A stretch of DNA of 64,000 nt, taken from assembly GCA_020427005.1 (NCBI GenBank), contig JAGQOY010000001.1:65716-129715 (forward strand), read 5' to 3'. Of the stretch, positions 1-10,646 are shown piece by piece (position 1 is the stretch's first letter; each line of letters begins with the position of its first letter). This DNA comes from Planctomycetales bacterium. GTDB taxonomy: Bacteria; Planctomycetota; Planctomycetia; Pirellulales; Pirellulaceae. Both the position numbers and the translations under genes were made by a program. The notes under the pieces were generated by a model that was given only the letters and a program-made list of their open reading frames with translations, was not told the DNA's origin and ran no database searches.

Positions 1-3000
1 GTTTTCGGACGTGACGGCGCGGATTATGGAAATGATCCATTCGCGTACTGGCGATTTGACATCTCCAGGCTAAGTAGCGAGAGCATTGTTGATGATGGTG
101 GATTCGACAACAATCACGGGGTTTACGCTCGCTTGGAAGACGCAGAGTCATTCGAGACGTTGCTATACGCCAGTACTAGACCAAATTGTTTTGATGTCTT
201 TCCATTTGGAACTTTTTTTGGGCAGCCTTCGTATTGTGATTGGCCGGATCCATTGCCCCCTGCAGTCGTGTCATCATTGCCTCAAGCCATTTTGCCAGAA
301 GAAATGACGGTATCCGAGGGAAGTTCGGCCACGGTTGACGTGTTCAAATCAATTTTGCTGGAGCCCGAGCATCAAGTTATTTCGTGGGACACCGAGTACG
401 ACGGTGTTTCATTTGTCGAGCGAGCAACCACCGATTTGGTCGTACCCCTGAACACAGCGGATGGTCCAAATTCCTACAGAGTGGCTTTGAAGATAAGAGA
501 CACTTGGGGCCACGAGAGCGTGGCGGTGACTCAAGTCCATGTGGTCAATGAAAAGCCGACGGTTGAAGGCTTGAACGACATTTCGGGTCCAATTGGCAGT
601 CCGATTATGATCTCCGCAAACATCTTTGATGTCGGAGCTAATGACACTCTCAGTATCCGCTGGGAGATTGACGATACTCTCGTGGCGGAAAATGTGTCGA
701 CTTTCGAGAAGACCTTCACGGAGGTAGGCGAGCATTTCGCCAGATTAACGGTTACTGACAATGACAACGCAGAAACCGTGAAACAATTCCGAGTCGTAGT
801 CGGTCCTCCCGTCACGCTCCAGGCCTCAGCCGCATCCCTCGTTGAAGGTCAGAGCGTTCGTCTAACTGCTTCTATTGAAAGCCCGCTCGAAGACGATGTG
901 TTGGTACCACTGAGCTATGGCGGAACAGCTGAGCCAGCGAAAGACTTTGGAGAATCTTCGCAATCTCCACAGCCACCAACTCATATCCGTATACCTGCTG
1001 GAAGCCGGAGTGGCTTTGTCGATATCACCAACTTGCAAGACAGCATCGATGAGGAAGTGGAGATTCTGCAAGTCATCCCAGGTATCCCGTCCAACGCAAG
1101 TCTTGCTTCCTCTGTTCCCTTAAGCATCGAATTGACGGACGACGATGAGGCACCAAATGCATTCGTCGCATCTTCTTCCCAGGTCATCGTCGAGCAAGGA
1201 ATCACTTTGCCCGTGATTGTCAGCCTTGATACTGTGTCGGGGCGGGATGTCGTTATCAGGCTGGGCACGTCCGGTACTGCAACTCCTGGAGCGGATTACG
1301 TGCTGCAAGAGCGTTTGCTCGTGATTCCCGCCGGCGAGCTTACAGCAGCTACAACGCTAACAATTTTCGACGACAACCTGGGCGAAGGGACCGAGCAGAT
1401 TGTTATTTCCATCGAATACGCTCAGAATGCAACTGCGACGGGTGAGTCGTTGACCCATGTTGTTCCAGCCAATGATATTCCCACCATTGGCTTTGACAGT
1501 GTTCTGCGAAACGTTAGCGAGGCGGCCCAGACACATGAGTTCATTATCAACATTTCGAACCCGGCTGATTCCGAGATCGTCGCCAACGTCACACTATCTG
1601 GCGACGCCATTGCGGGGGTCGATTACGTCGTTCCCCCATCGAATCTCGAGGTGACAATTCAGCCAGGGCAAACCAGTGTATCCATTCCAATTGCCCTGAT
1701 CGACAATGAATATTCTGAGCCCGACAGGTCGCTGATTGCTTCGATCTCTGGCATCATAGGGGCAACTCCCGGGCCAAGCTTGGAGCATCTTACAAGGATC
1801 GTGGATGATGACAGCTTTTTCTTGACGGTATCTTCGCCATCTTCTGTGTGGGAGGACGAAGGATTATTCATTGTGCGGGCCGAGCTGACTAAAGAAGCCA
1901 TCGACAGTATTGTGATCCCTCTTGTATTCAGCGGTACAGCTGTTCGAGACAAAGATTATCGAATTGCATTTGACTCGATTGTCATTCCACCGGGCCAGAC
2001 ATTCGGCGAGGTCGCCATTGTCTTTGATGATAACTTTACGCCAGGTTCCAACCTGCGTATCGAAACGACGGTGATTTCACCACCAACGGTTAAACTGCGA
2101 GGACAGTCGACCGTTGCGACGACGATTCGCGACAACGACCCATTTGTTACGTTTTCTGCACTCGGAAAGCCTCCATCGACCATGCTTCTCAATGAAGGTG
2201 GCGGAAGCAGAGACGTTCAAATCTATCTGGACCGCCCGGTAAATCATGACGTCACGGTGAATTTAAAAGCGTACGCAGCGACCGCTTCAAAACACGACTT
2301 TAGTGTCCCTTCGTCCGTCACCATTCCAGCGAATCCAAATCGCCCGGCCATTGGCTCGTTCTCGGTAAAACCTACTGACGATCTGACCAACGAAGCCAAT
2401 GAATCGTTTTCCATCGCCATTTCATCTGTAAGCAATGGTTATGGATGGGTGCCGCATCCTCAAATACGGACTTTTCAAATCGTCGATAACGATGCGCCAC
2501 CCGAGCCGTACTGGATTTACTCAGGGGCTACTGTCCAGGAGGGCAGCAGTTCTCTCATATTCATTGGGGTGCAACTTGCAAGGACAGCAGAGACCGATGT
2601 TAACGCAAAAATATCACTCGGCGGAACCGCGACGCTAGGCGCTGACTACTCCGTTCTTGGGAAGAGCACATCAACATTTACACTCACGTTTTCCCCAAAC
2701 ACTCTCGAGCAGTGGATTCCGATTGTTATTTATGATGACGATGGGTACGAGGGAATTGAGTATATCGATTTGCATCTAAGTACCGGTGGCCGTGATCCGA
2801 AGACGTTTACAATCCCCCTTAAGGACAACGATTCGAAGCCACGCAAACGCACACAATTCGAAACATTTGTCGACAAGACTACTGACTATTTCAAAGATAC
2901 GGTCCCTTTCTCAAATCTGATTTCAACCGAGGCCCTCAGTGAAGCTTGGGAGTCACTAAAACGCACCAGCATCAATGATCTTAAGAATATTGAAGCGCAG

Positions 3001-6000
3001 GTCTGCATCGGTCTTGCTGAAATTCCTACTCTGTGGGGTACTTTCTTGCCGAAAGGTTGTGTTTCCGGCGAGCAAATCCAATGGTTCATCGATGCAGGCA
3101 TAGATTCCGTCCGCAATTCCGAAGCAATCCACGGAGCTGTAGATGGGGCGACGCTTTTTGTTGATTTGAACTTCAACGAAGTTCAAGATTTTCTTGATCT
3201 CAACTCAAATGGTGTTCAAGATTTTGGCGAGCGATCGGAACCATCATTTGAAACCGATTATGCCGGCGCTACGCCCGTTGCCATGACTTCCGATATGGAC
3301 GCAGACCGAAATGGGCAGTTTGACGATGATGAGCTGCAACTGGTTTCGGTCGGTGGAACGGATATATCAACCGGCTACGAAATCTCCGTACCTTTGGTTG
3401 CACCTGCTAGCTTTTCAATTGTTTCGCCATTAACGACGCTTGTCGCAAAACTGGCTCGCCTTAAGGACATGAATACGGAACAGGCGATGTCACGCGTGGC
3501 GGCGGCTTTGGATTTGCCGCGAAAAGACCTGTTGAACGTGAATTTGTTGCTATTGGCGCGAAACGATGACATGCTTGCTGCGGACGCGTTTTCAAAAAGC
3601 ACTCAAGTTTACTCGACGGCACACCAAATCGCCTATTTCCTATCCGGATTTGACAATGCACCTGGAACGCAACTGCTGGGCTCATTGGCCATGCAAGACA
3701 TGGCGGAAAAAATCCGTTTTGAAGGAAGTCTGTTGGACTTATCCGATGTATTCGTCGTGCAATCTTTGATTCGAGGGACAATCTCGCGAAGTGACATCTC
3801 CGCTCCGGATAGTAGTTTGATCGCAGCCGCAGCCACCGTGATCGCAAGCTCGAATGCGATGATGGGAGCTGTTGCAGAAGCTGACGGACGAACGTATGTC
3901 GAAGAAGTTGCGCGGATTCAAAAGGTCAGCGAAGGTAGTGCAGCAGAGCGACTTCGGGCGCTTGCCGAAGGTACAGCAACAGAGCAAGCCACTGTCAATG
4001 AATTCACCGGTGATCGCCTCGCCGCCCTGGTGGATGCATCTGAAATTGGCAATGTGGTCATTCCCTACATCGTTGCCGACGATATTGCTGTCGTTGAAGG
4101 TGATCAAGGTACGCAGATAGTCATTATCAACGTCGGCATCACCGATCCGTCCAATCTGCCCGTCTCAGTCAACTACTCAACGGTGGATGTGAGTGCAACG
4201 GCAGGTAGTGACTATGGCTCCGTGACAGGAACGCTAACCTGGTCTCCAGGAGACACTACGGTACAGCAGATACAGATTCCAATCTATGGAGACAGCTTAG
4301 CTGAAACCAACGAACTGTTTCACTTACTTTTGACAGATGCTGTGAATGCCGCAACGCTTGAGACAATCTCTTTTGTTCAAATTGTAAGCGATGATCCGAT
4401 TGAAGTCGCATTGGAGGATTCAGTAGCGGTTCACGAGTTGTATTTGCGAAATGGCGAAGCAGGCCTTCAATTACTCGATAATGGCGACGCTATATTTAAA
4501 GGTAGCGTAATAGTGAATCAAGAGTTGCTGATCGAGTCAGCAGCCGATTCCCAAAGCAATCTGACTGTATCTTTTCAAACCAATGAATCTTCTCCCCGGG
4601 TAACGATCAGATATCTCGGTAATGGTGCCAACAGTTCCTTGATAATCGATCCTTCAAACGCTGCTTCAATCGAACATATCTTCTCGTCCTCACAAGAGGG
4701 TCGCTTCAATATCGATGGCCGCACAATTATCTACGAGGACATCGGCAATGTTGTCAGTCCTGTCAGCCCTGTTATCAGCGGGATTCCGACGGAGTCTTTG
4801 AGGTATGGCGATTTGCTGACGCTCGTTGGCACTCCACCGTCGTGGTTTGATTCCGGTCTCGCGACTAACGAGATATGGACTCTCACTCGTGATAGTGAAC
4901 AAGTAGCAAGTGTCGTGGGAAGTAGCCTCTCGATCAACGTCGATGCCGTTGGTGTGTACCGCATGACATATACGGCGAGTCAGGAAGGCTACCTGCCTGC
5001 GGTTGCCACCTTTGAGTTTGCTATACTCAATATCCCACCGATCGGAGCTGACGATACAGTGACCACCGACGAAGACCACTTTCTATCAGTCGCTGCCAAC
5101 AATGGTCTACTCTCCAACGATTCGGACGAAGTTCCCGGCGAGTTGCGAGTGGCTTCGATCAATGGTGTACCTGTCAACGAAGAAACTCCGTTCGGACTTG
5201 CCTCTGCGACGCAGAATAGTAGCATCGCCTATTCCACGATGAATGTGAATGCGGGCAATTACTACGGCGTTCGCTTTGAGGTGACTGAGCCCATCAACAT
5301 CGATCGTGTGGGAGCGAGTTTCGGCTACGGCTTGGGCCAAAACCCGTTCGCGGCAATCATTCGACTCGACAACGCAACCGACGTGCCGGACTCGTACGAT
5401 CTGACTTCCGATGATGTGCTCGCAAGGACCACCATCCCCGTCGCCTACAACGATAGCGGAGATCGCTTTGGCACAATGGACCTGGAGATTCAGCCAGGTT
5501 GGTACGCACTTATGGTAGGTGGTGAAGGTGATTCCAACGCGGCTTTACGACTGGACAACGTCGCGCTAACAAATCCTTCACTCTACCTGCATTCGCGTCT
5601 GGGGGTGCCAGAATACTTTTCCATTACAGCGGCGAATCCGACCAGTCGTATGCGATTCATCGTTGAAGGTTCGTCCACCGGCGGTGCTGCGACCATTCTC
5701 CTGGGTTCGGGCGCAACGGTCACCGCCAACTCCGACGGCAGCTTCAGGTACGATCCGGCGAACAGTTTTGAATATCTGAATATCAGCGAAACTGCGATGG
5801 ATCAGTTTGTATATACGATCACTGACGTCGGCGGCCTCACTGCCAACGCAACAGCTACCGTGACAGTCAACGGTGTGAATGATGCGCCCGTCGCTTCAGA
5901 TAACTCTTACTTGGTTTCCGAAGAGTCACTGATGTCTCCCGCTGCCTCCGTGGGTTTATTATCGAACGATTCCGATGTCGATAGCCAGGAATTAAGCGTC

Positions 6001-9000
6001 TTCCGGATCGAAAATCAACCTTTCGGTAACGCGGTGACTCTCCCCTCGGGAGCCATTGTTACCGCCGCCGAGGAACCCAACCGATTCATTTATGACCCAC
6101 GGTTCGCCTTCAACCATCTGACGTTTGGACAGATCGGTTCAGATAGTTTCACCTACACCATCGAAGATGAATATGGCGCGCAGGCGACAGCCACGGCATA
6201 TATAACTATCAATGGGTGGAACGATGCGCCTGTGGCTCTGGATGATAACTACGTGGTGTCCGAGGATTTACTATTATCGCCTGCACCCGAAGTTGGTCTG
6301 CTAGCAAACGATTCCGATCCTGAGGATAGCCAGCCCTTAGTGACTTACATCGAGAACCAGCCATTCGGCACGATGATCACCCTGGCTTCTGGCGCGGTAA
6401 TAACCGCTGCAGACGAGCCCAATCGATTTATCTATGACCCTCGCGCAGCGTTCGCCTATCTGCCAGGTGGACAAACCGGACACGATAGATTTTCGTATCT
6501 TGTCACGGACAAGGATGGATTGACTGCAGTTGCCACAGTCAACCTAACGATTAATGGCGTCAACGACGCCGCGCAGATTACCGGTGATTTAACGGAAGAT
6601 ATTGCTGAGGATACCGATTTCATAAGTGGTTTGTTGTTCGTAAGCGATGTCGATTCTGGTGAGTCGTCGTTTGCGATCCGCGATCTCCAAGGAACTTATG
6701 GTAGGTTTATCCTGGCCGACAACGGTTCATGGGTTTACGATTTGAATAATGCCCTGGTGCAATTCTTAGATACGGGCGAAACCGTCAGCGAGGCGTTCAC
6801 CGTTTGGTCGTATGATGGTACCGCACAGGCCACTCTAACCTTCCTGATTATAGGTGGTAATGATTCAGATACCGATGGAGTGGGTGACGATGTTGAACTT
6901 GCTGCCAGTGCCTATTGTACGATCGATAACTTCAGTGATTGCAACCGAGACGGAGTTGACGACCGTGATCAGGATAACCAAGTCGCCACGTTGCCGAACG
7001 CAGTGACAGGCGATTCGCTCACGGTTTCGTCGCCGGATGGAACCACGCTGACTCACGTTATGTCCACGACAACGCCTTCATTCGACGTAGATCTGCCCGC
7101 TGATGTCGAATTCCCCATTGGATTTACGCAATTCACTGTGGAACTCGCGCCTGGTATGGAAGCAACAGAAATCACACTCTTCTTTGAGAAAAATCAGGCC
7201 TTCAATGCCGTCTACAAGTTTGGTTTCCAACCTGGTCAGGATCCAGAAACCGACGAACCGTCTGTCTTCGAGTTCCCCACTTATGATGAGTCCACAGGAA
7301 TTGGTGCGGAGATTCACCCGGATCGCATCATTCTTCACCTGCGTGATGGTCAATTCGGAGACTTGGATCTCCAGAAGAATGGCTTCATTTCGGATCCAAT
7401 TGGTTTGGCCCTTAAACCAGGAATTGGAGATGATTATGTTGGCTTAGACGAAGATGGTGTGTTGTTCTTTGATCCGTTGCTGAACGATATCCTTCCCGGA
7501 TTGATCTCAATTACTTCATGGACGCAACCTGCATTTGGTACCGTGACCTTTGGGTCGGGAGTATTTCGATTGGAACCGGATCCCAATGCGAATGGGCTGG
7601 ATCAGTTCGACTACTCCGTGATCGATGGCAACCACCAGCAGTCCACTGCCACGGTCTACGTAACGGTCAAACCCATCAACGATGTACCTGTGATCGAGTC
7701 TGACACGATTGCTGTGGAGATTGACGAAGGTGCTATTGCCACCGTCACCGGAACATGGCGTGATGTGGACGTGGGTGATTCTGTGACGCTCTCCGTTTCG
7801 TTGGGCACCATCGTCAAGTCAGCGGATGATCGTTGGACTTGGAGTTTCGCCAGCTCAGATGGACCCTCAGAGTCGCAAACCATTACCGTTACTGCTGATG
7901 ACGGATATGGTGGAGTCACTGACATCACTTTCGATCTGACGGTACTAAACGTTGCTCCCAACTCGGTGACTATTGATCCGGAGGTCTCCGAGGCAGTGTT
8001 TGCCGTAGGTGGATTGCAGCAGTTTAGAGGTAGCTTTGAAGATGCAAGTCCCGTGGATACCCACAGCGGAAGCAGTACCTACTGGACGTTCACGCACCTG
8101 GACGAACAGGGAGTGTTGATAAGCGAAACGCGGCTGGCAAGTGTGACGCCCGACCGACAGATCGACGACAGTTTTGCATTTGAGAATGCAGGCGTGTATT
8201 ACGTGACATTGACTGTCACCGATGACGATGGAAGTTCAACCACGTCCGCGCCCTCGACGTTTGTTGTCTATGATCCATCGGCTGGTTTTGTAACGGGCGG
8301 CGGCTGGATCAATTCACCGCCAGGGGCCGACCGACAGAATCAGGATCTTGCCGGCCGCGTCAGCTTTGGCTTCATCTCCAAATACCAAAAGGGAGCCAAC
8401 ACACCCAGCGGACAAACGCAATTTAACTTCGCGGCAGGCGACCTGGATTTTCATAGCGACTCTTACGAGTGGCTAGTCGTTTCAGGTGCCCGCGCACAAT
8501 TCAAAGGCACTGGTACCATCAACGGCCTTGGGAATTACGGTTTCCTCCTGACGGCCATCGATGGGCAAGTCAACGGGGGCGGCGGTGTTGACAAATTCCG
8601 AATCAAAATCTGGGATCGCGAAAATCTAGATACCATTCGCTACGACAATCAAGTTTCCGATGATAACGACGATAATGCTACGCCCAGCACCGAATTGGGC
8701 GGTGGCCAGATTCTGATCCACAGCGGTGGCAAGAAGCAGACAATGGATGACGGCGGTGCTCCGTTGAATACCGTCTCCGCGCCCTGGTTGACCAAAGATG
8801 AATTGCAAGTCTTGATTGTTGAGGGTATTAAGCATTGGAGTCAACAAGGATTCTCAGCTGGCGCGCTGGATGCGCTGTATCACGTAGAATTCGCCTTGGC
8901 CGATTTACCGGGTTACACTCTGGGGACGACTTCCGATTCGACTAACTTGATATGGATCGACGTGGATGCGGCCGGCAAAGGATGGAACATCGGATCGCAA

Positions 9001-9432
9001 CCATTCCAAGTTTCATCTGGCCGAGTCGATCTGTTGTCCACGATCACCCACGAATTGGGGCACGTTCTGGGATTGACTCACGATCTGATCGATGCCTACT
9101 TGGAGCCTGGACTGCGGAACCTGCCCCATCTGCTCGATGACCGTCCGCAAACCGATTTTCCAGTATTTCCAACTTACCAGCTTGCAGGCCTCGATGGCCA
9201 TGAGCATACCAACCCATTGCTCGAGCAACGGGATGCAAGGCCGATCAAAATCCTGCAGTACATAGGGGTCAGTAGCAGGCCAACTTCCACGGCGGAGTTT
9301 GGATCTTGGCTTGATGAACCTCTGCTGATCCAGCGTGATCGAGAGGAAAAACAAGCCGAAGGACATGAACTGGCAATAGACGAGGCACTGGACGCTCTGA
9401 TGCAGGACCAGTTGGACGATTGGGTACGCTAA
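1..9432 (+). CDS. Giant surface/exported adhesin-like protein, 5'-truncated: PKD, multiple Calx-beta, cadherin-like/VCBS repeats, choice-of-anchor U-like domain, C-terminal metzincin-like motif
   Basis: Frame +1 is open from base 1 (VFGRDGADYGNDPFAYWRFD...), so the ORF-track start at 133 is not the true start. Repeated Calx-beta-like units (GTATxGxDY...VxIPAG...IxDD), repeated NDAPVAxDD...GLLxNDxD units, a GFVTGGGWINSP domain, and HELGHVLGLTH at 9049-9081. Confidence 0.85.
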   Translation, partial: VFGRDGADYGNDPFAYWRFDISRLSSESIVDDGGFDNNHGVYARLEDAESFETLLYASTRPNCFDVFPFGTFFGQPSYCDWPDPLPPAVVSSLPQAILPEEMTVSEGSSATVDVFKSILLEPEHQVISWDTEYDGVSFVERATTDLVVPLNTADGPNSYRVALKIRDTWGHESVAVTQVHVVNEKPTVEGLNDISGPIGSPIMISANIFDVGANDTLSIRWEIDDTLVAENVSTFEKTFTEVGEHFARLTVTDNDNAETVKQFRVVVGPPVTLQASAASLVEGQSVRLTASIESPLEDDVLVPLSYGGTAEPAKDFGESSQSPQPPTHIRIPAGSRSGFVDITNLQDSIDEEVEILQVIPGIPSNASLASSVPLSIELTDDDEAPNAFVASSSQVIVEQGITLPVIVSLDTVSGRDVVIRLGTSGTATPGADYVLQERLLVIPAGELTAATTLTIFDDNLGEGTEQIVISIEYAQNATATGESLTHVVPANDIPTIGFDSVLRNVSEAAQTHEFIINISNPADSEIVANVTLSGDAIAGVDYVVPPSNLEVTIQPGQTSVSIPIALIDNEYSEPDRSLIASISGIIGATPGPSLEHLTRIVDDDSFFLTVSSPSSVWEDEGLFIVRAELTKEAIDSIVIPLVFSGTAVRDKDYRIAFDSIVIPPGQTFGEVAIVFDDNFTPGSNLRIETTVISPPTVKLRGQSTVATTIRDNDPFVTFSALGKPPSTMLLNEGGGSRDVQIYLDRPVNHDVTVNLKAYAATASKHDFSVPSSVTIPANPNRPAIGSFSVKPTDDLTNEANESFSIAISSVSNGYGWVPHPQIRTFQIVDNDAPPEPYWIYSGATVQEGSSSLIFIGVQLARTAETDVNAKISLGGTATLGADYSVLGKSTSTFTLTFSPNTLEQWIPIVIYDDDGYEGIEYIDLHLSTGGRDPKTFTIPLKDNDSKPRKRTQFETFVDKTTDYFKDTVPFSNLISTEALSEAWESLKRTSINDLKNIEAQVCIGLAEIPTLWGTFLPKGCVSGEQIQWFIDAGIDSVRNSEAIHGAVDGATLFVDLNFNEVQDFLDLNSNGVQDFGERSEPSFETDYAGATPVAMTSDMDADRNGQFDDDELQLVSVGGTDISTGYEISVPLVAPASFSIVSPLTTLVAKLARLKDMNTEQAMSRVAAALDLPRKDLLNVNLLLLARNDDMLAADAFSKSTQVYSTAHQIAYFLSGFDNAPGTQLLGSLAMQDMAEKIRFEGSLLDLSDVFVVQSLIRGTISRSDISAPDSSLIAAAATVIASSNAMMGAVAEADGRTYVEEVARIQKVSEGSAAERLRALAEGTATEQATVNEFTGDRLAALVDASEIGNVVIPYIVADDIAVVEGDQGTQIVIINVGITDPSNLPVSVNYSTVDVSATAGSDYGSVTGTLTWSPGDTTVQQIQIPIYGDSLAETNELFHLLLTDAVNAATLETISFVQIVSDDPIEVALEDSVAVHELYLRNGEAGLQLLDNGDAIFKGSVIVNQELLIESAADSQSNLTVSFQTNESSPRVTIRYLGNGANSSLIIDPSNAASIEHIFSSSQEGRFNIDGRTIIYEDIGNVVSPVSPVISGIPTESLRYGDLLTLVGTPPSWFDSGLATNEIWTLTRDSEQVASVVGSSLSINVDAVGVYRMTYTASQEGYLPAVATFEFAILNIPPIGADDTVTTDEDHFLSVAANNGLLSNDSDEVPGELRVASINGVPVNEETPFGLASATQNSSIAYSTMNVNAGNYYGVRFEVTEPINIDRVGASFGYGLGQNPFAAIIRLDNATDVPDSYDLTSDDVLARTTIPVAYNDSGDRFGTMDLEIQPGWYALMVGGEGDSNAALRLDNVALTNPSLYLHSRLGVPEYFSITAANPTSRMRFIVEGSSTGGAATILLGSGATVTANSDGSFRYDPANSFEYLNISETAMDQFVYTITDVGGLTANATATVTVNGVNDAPVASDNSYLVSEESLMSPAASVGLLSNDSDVDSQELSVFRIENQPFGNAVTLPSGAIVTAAEEPNRFIYDPRFAFNHLTFGQIGSDSFTYTIEDEYGAQATATAYITINGWNDAPVALDDNYVVSEDLLLSPAPEVGLLANDSDPEDSQPLVTYIENQPFGTMITLASGAVITAADEPNRFIYDPRAAFAYLPGGQTGHDRFSYLVTDKDGLTAVATVNLTINGVNDAAQITGDLTEDIAEDTDFISGLLFVSDVDSGESSFAIRDLQGTYGRFILADNGSWVYDLNNALVQFLDTGETVSEAFTVWSYDGTAQATLTFLIIGGNDSDTDGVGDDVELAASAYCTIDNFSDCNRDGVDDRDQDNQVATLPNAVTGDSLTVSSPDGTTLTHVMSTTTPSFDVDLPADVEFPIGFTQFTVELAPGMEATEITLFFEKNQAFNAVYKFGFQPGQDPETDEPSVFEFPTYDESTGIGAEIHPDRIILHLRDGQFGDLDLQKNGFISDPIGLALKPGIGDDYVGLDEDGVLFFDPLLNDILPGLISITSWTQPAFGTVTFGSGVFRLEPDPNANGLDQFDYSVIDGNHQQSTATVYVTVKPINDVPVIESDTIAVEIDEGAIATVTGTWRDVDVGDSVTLSVSLGTIVKSADDRWTWSFASSDGPSESQTITVTADDGYGGVTDITFDLTVLNVAPNSVTIDPEVSEAVFAVGGLQQFRGSFEDASPVDTHSGSSTYWTFTHLDEQGVLISETRLASVTPDRQIDDSFAFENAGVYYVTLTVTDDDGSSTTSAPSTFVVYDPSAGFVTGGGWINSPPGADRQNQDLAGRVSFGFISKYQKGANTPSGQTQFNFAAGDLDFHSDSYEWLVVSGARAQFKGTGTINGLGNYGFLLTAIDGQVNGGGGVDKFRIKIWDRENLDTIRYDNQVSDDNDDNATPSTELGGGQILIHSGGKKQTMDDGGAPLNTVSAPWLTKDELQVLIVEGIKHWSQQGFSAGALDALYHVEFALADLPGYTLGTTSDSTNLIWIDVDAAGKGWNIGSQPFQVSSGRVDLLSTITHELGHVLGLTHDLIDAYLEPGLRNLPHLLDDRPQTDFPVFPTYQLAGLDGHEHTNPLLEQRDARPIKILQYIGVSSRPTSTAEFGSWLDEPLLIQRDREEKQAEGHELAIDEALDALMQDQLDDWVR

Positions 9433-9672
9433 GCGTACGCAATCGTCCTAAAGTTCGATTGAGAATCGAGTCTCAAGTGAGACAATAGTTCACGGTGCGC
9501 CTGATCTAGTTGACCAACTGCAACTGAACAGTTCGTACCAAATCAGCATAGAAAAATCGTGCGTGTGAAAACCAACACCACTAACGAACGCGAGAAACGG
9601 CGGGCAATCACTGCAAAAACTGACTCTTACTGTCCCAAAGGTTGAAAACACATTTGCCTACAGGCAAAATGT

Positions 9673-10539
9673 GTGTACGACCATCGACAGAAATTGGCTA
9701 CAACGTTCTGGGAAACCTTTTTCAGGGAAACAGTTAAAGTCATGCCAATTGCAGAAAAAGACTTTGATGGCGTCCACGTTAGCTTGGAGTCCTTTACTGC
9801 CGTAGAAAACCCGACTGGGGAAGGTGAGTTGGATTTTGAGGTAATCAAGGATTCAAGATTTGAAGTAAATGGACAGAATGAGTCAGGGCATTTGATAAAA
9901 ATTGCGTACTTCGGAGGCGGATCGGTTTTCGGGACAAGGGAGACGGAGCCTGCGATTAGATTTGAAGCATCCTTTTCCGTAACACCTGACGACAACCGTG
10001 ATATTAGACTAGGCTTTATTCAATTCGTGGAGCGTACTGAGCGTGTGGCTTCCTACGATGGCGGGGTCCTGTTCTATAAGCGTTCCGAGGAACGTCTGTT
10101 AGACTGTATGCCTGCTCGGGATCTTGAACGAGAAATCGCTTCCGGCAGCCAAGGTTCGGCTCTTGTAGCCCGGAGTGATTTTGGGTTGTACCCGTTCCTC
10201 GGCAAAAGCGTTCGGGCGGCGTCTGCCACGGAGACTTGGGCGACGGACAATCCCAATTGGTCAGCACCATTCAAATTTCGTGGACGGGAAATCTCGTCGT
10301 TGAAAGTTGCAGACTCCTTCACAACGTACTTTGCGGTCGATCTCGGAGGAGTCTTTCGCACACTTGCAAGAGTCAAATGGAATATTGATTATGATTACTT
10401 TCCATTCGGCGCAATTGACATTGGAAACGCCTTAGGCTTTCTCACAATTGAGGGAGTCTTGCCAGTCGACGACGAGCTGTTGGTGGATCTACCAGTTGCA
10501 AACAGCCTGAACACGCTGGGGACACATCGAACTTCTTGA
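9673..10539 (+). CDS. Hypothetical protein with possible FAM78-like fold (likely start ATG 9742)
   Basis: 288-aa open frame. Motifs GFIQ, YPFLG, DNPNWSAP, DSFTTYF and TLARVKW occur in the order I recall for FAM78; this is unverified. Confidence 0.6.
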   Translation: MYDHRQKLATTFWETFFRETVKVMPIAEKDFDGVHVSLESFTAVENPTGEGELDFEVIKDSRFEVNGQNESGHLIKIAYFGGGSVFGTRETEPAIRFEASFSVTPDDNRDIRLGFIQFVERTERVASYDGGVLFYKRSEERLLDCMPARDLEREIASGSQGSALVARSDFGLYPFLGKSVRAASATETWATDNPNWSAPFKFRGREISSLKVADSFTTYFAVDLGGVFRTLARVKWNIDYDYFPFGAIDIGNALGFLTIEGVLPVDDELLVDLPVANSLNTLGTHRTS

Positions 10540-10616
10540 AAGCGTTCGACTTGCAGAATCCCCAGGGCGCAATTGATTTGTTCACCGATTTATGAATGGA
10601 TGGTTCAGAAGAATTA

Positions 10617-10646
10617 GCGTTGGTTCGCGGAGCGAACCACGACTAT
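10617..10646 (-). repeat. REP element, family 1 (ATAGTCGTGGTTCGCTCCGCGAACCAACGC), directly after the RAYT stop codon
   Basis: Exact 30-bp copy containing the 8-bp hairpin TGGTTCGC-TCC-GCGAACCA; its first base is the last base of the RAYT TGA. Confidence 0.9.
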
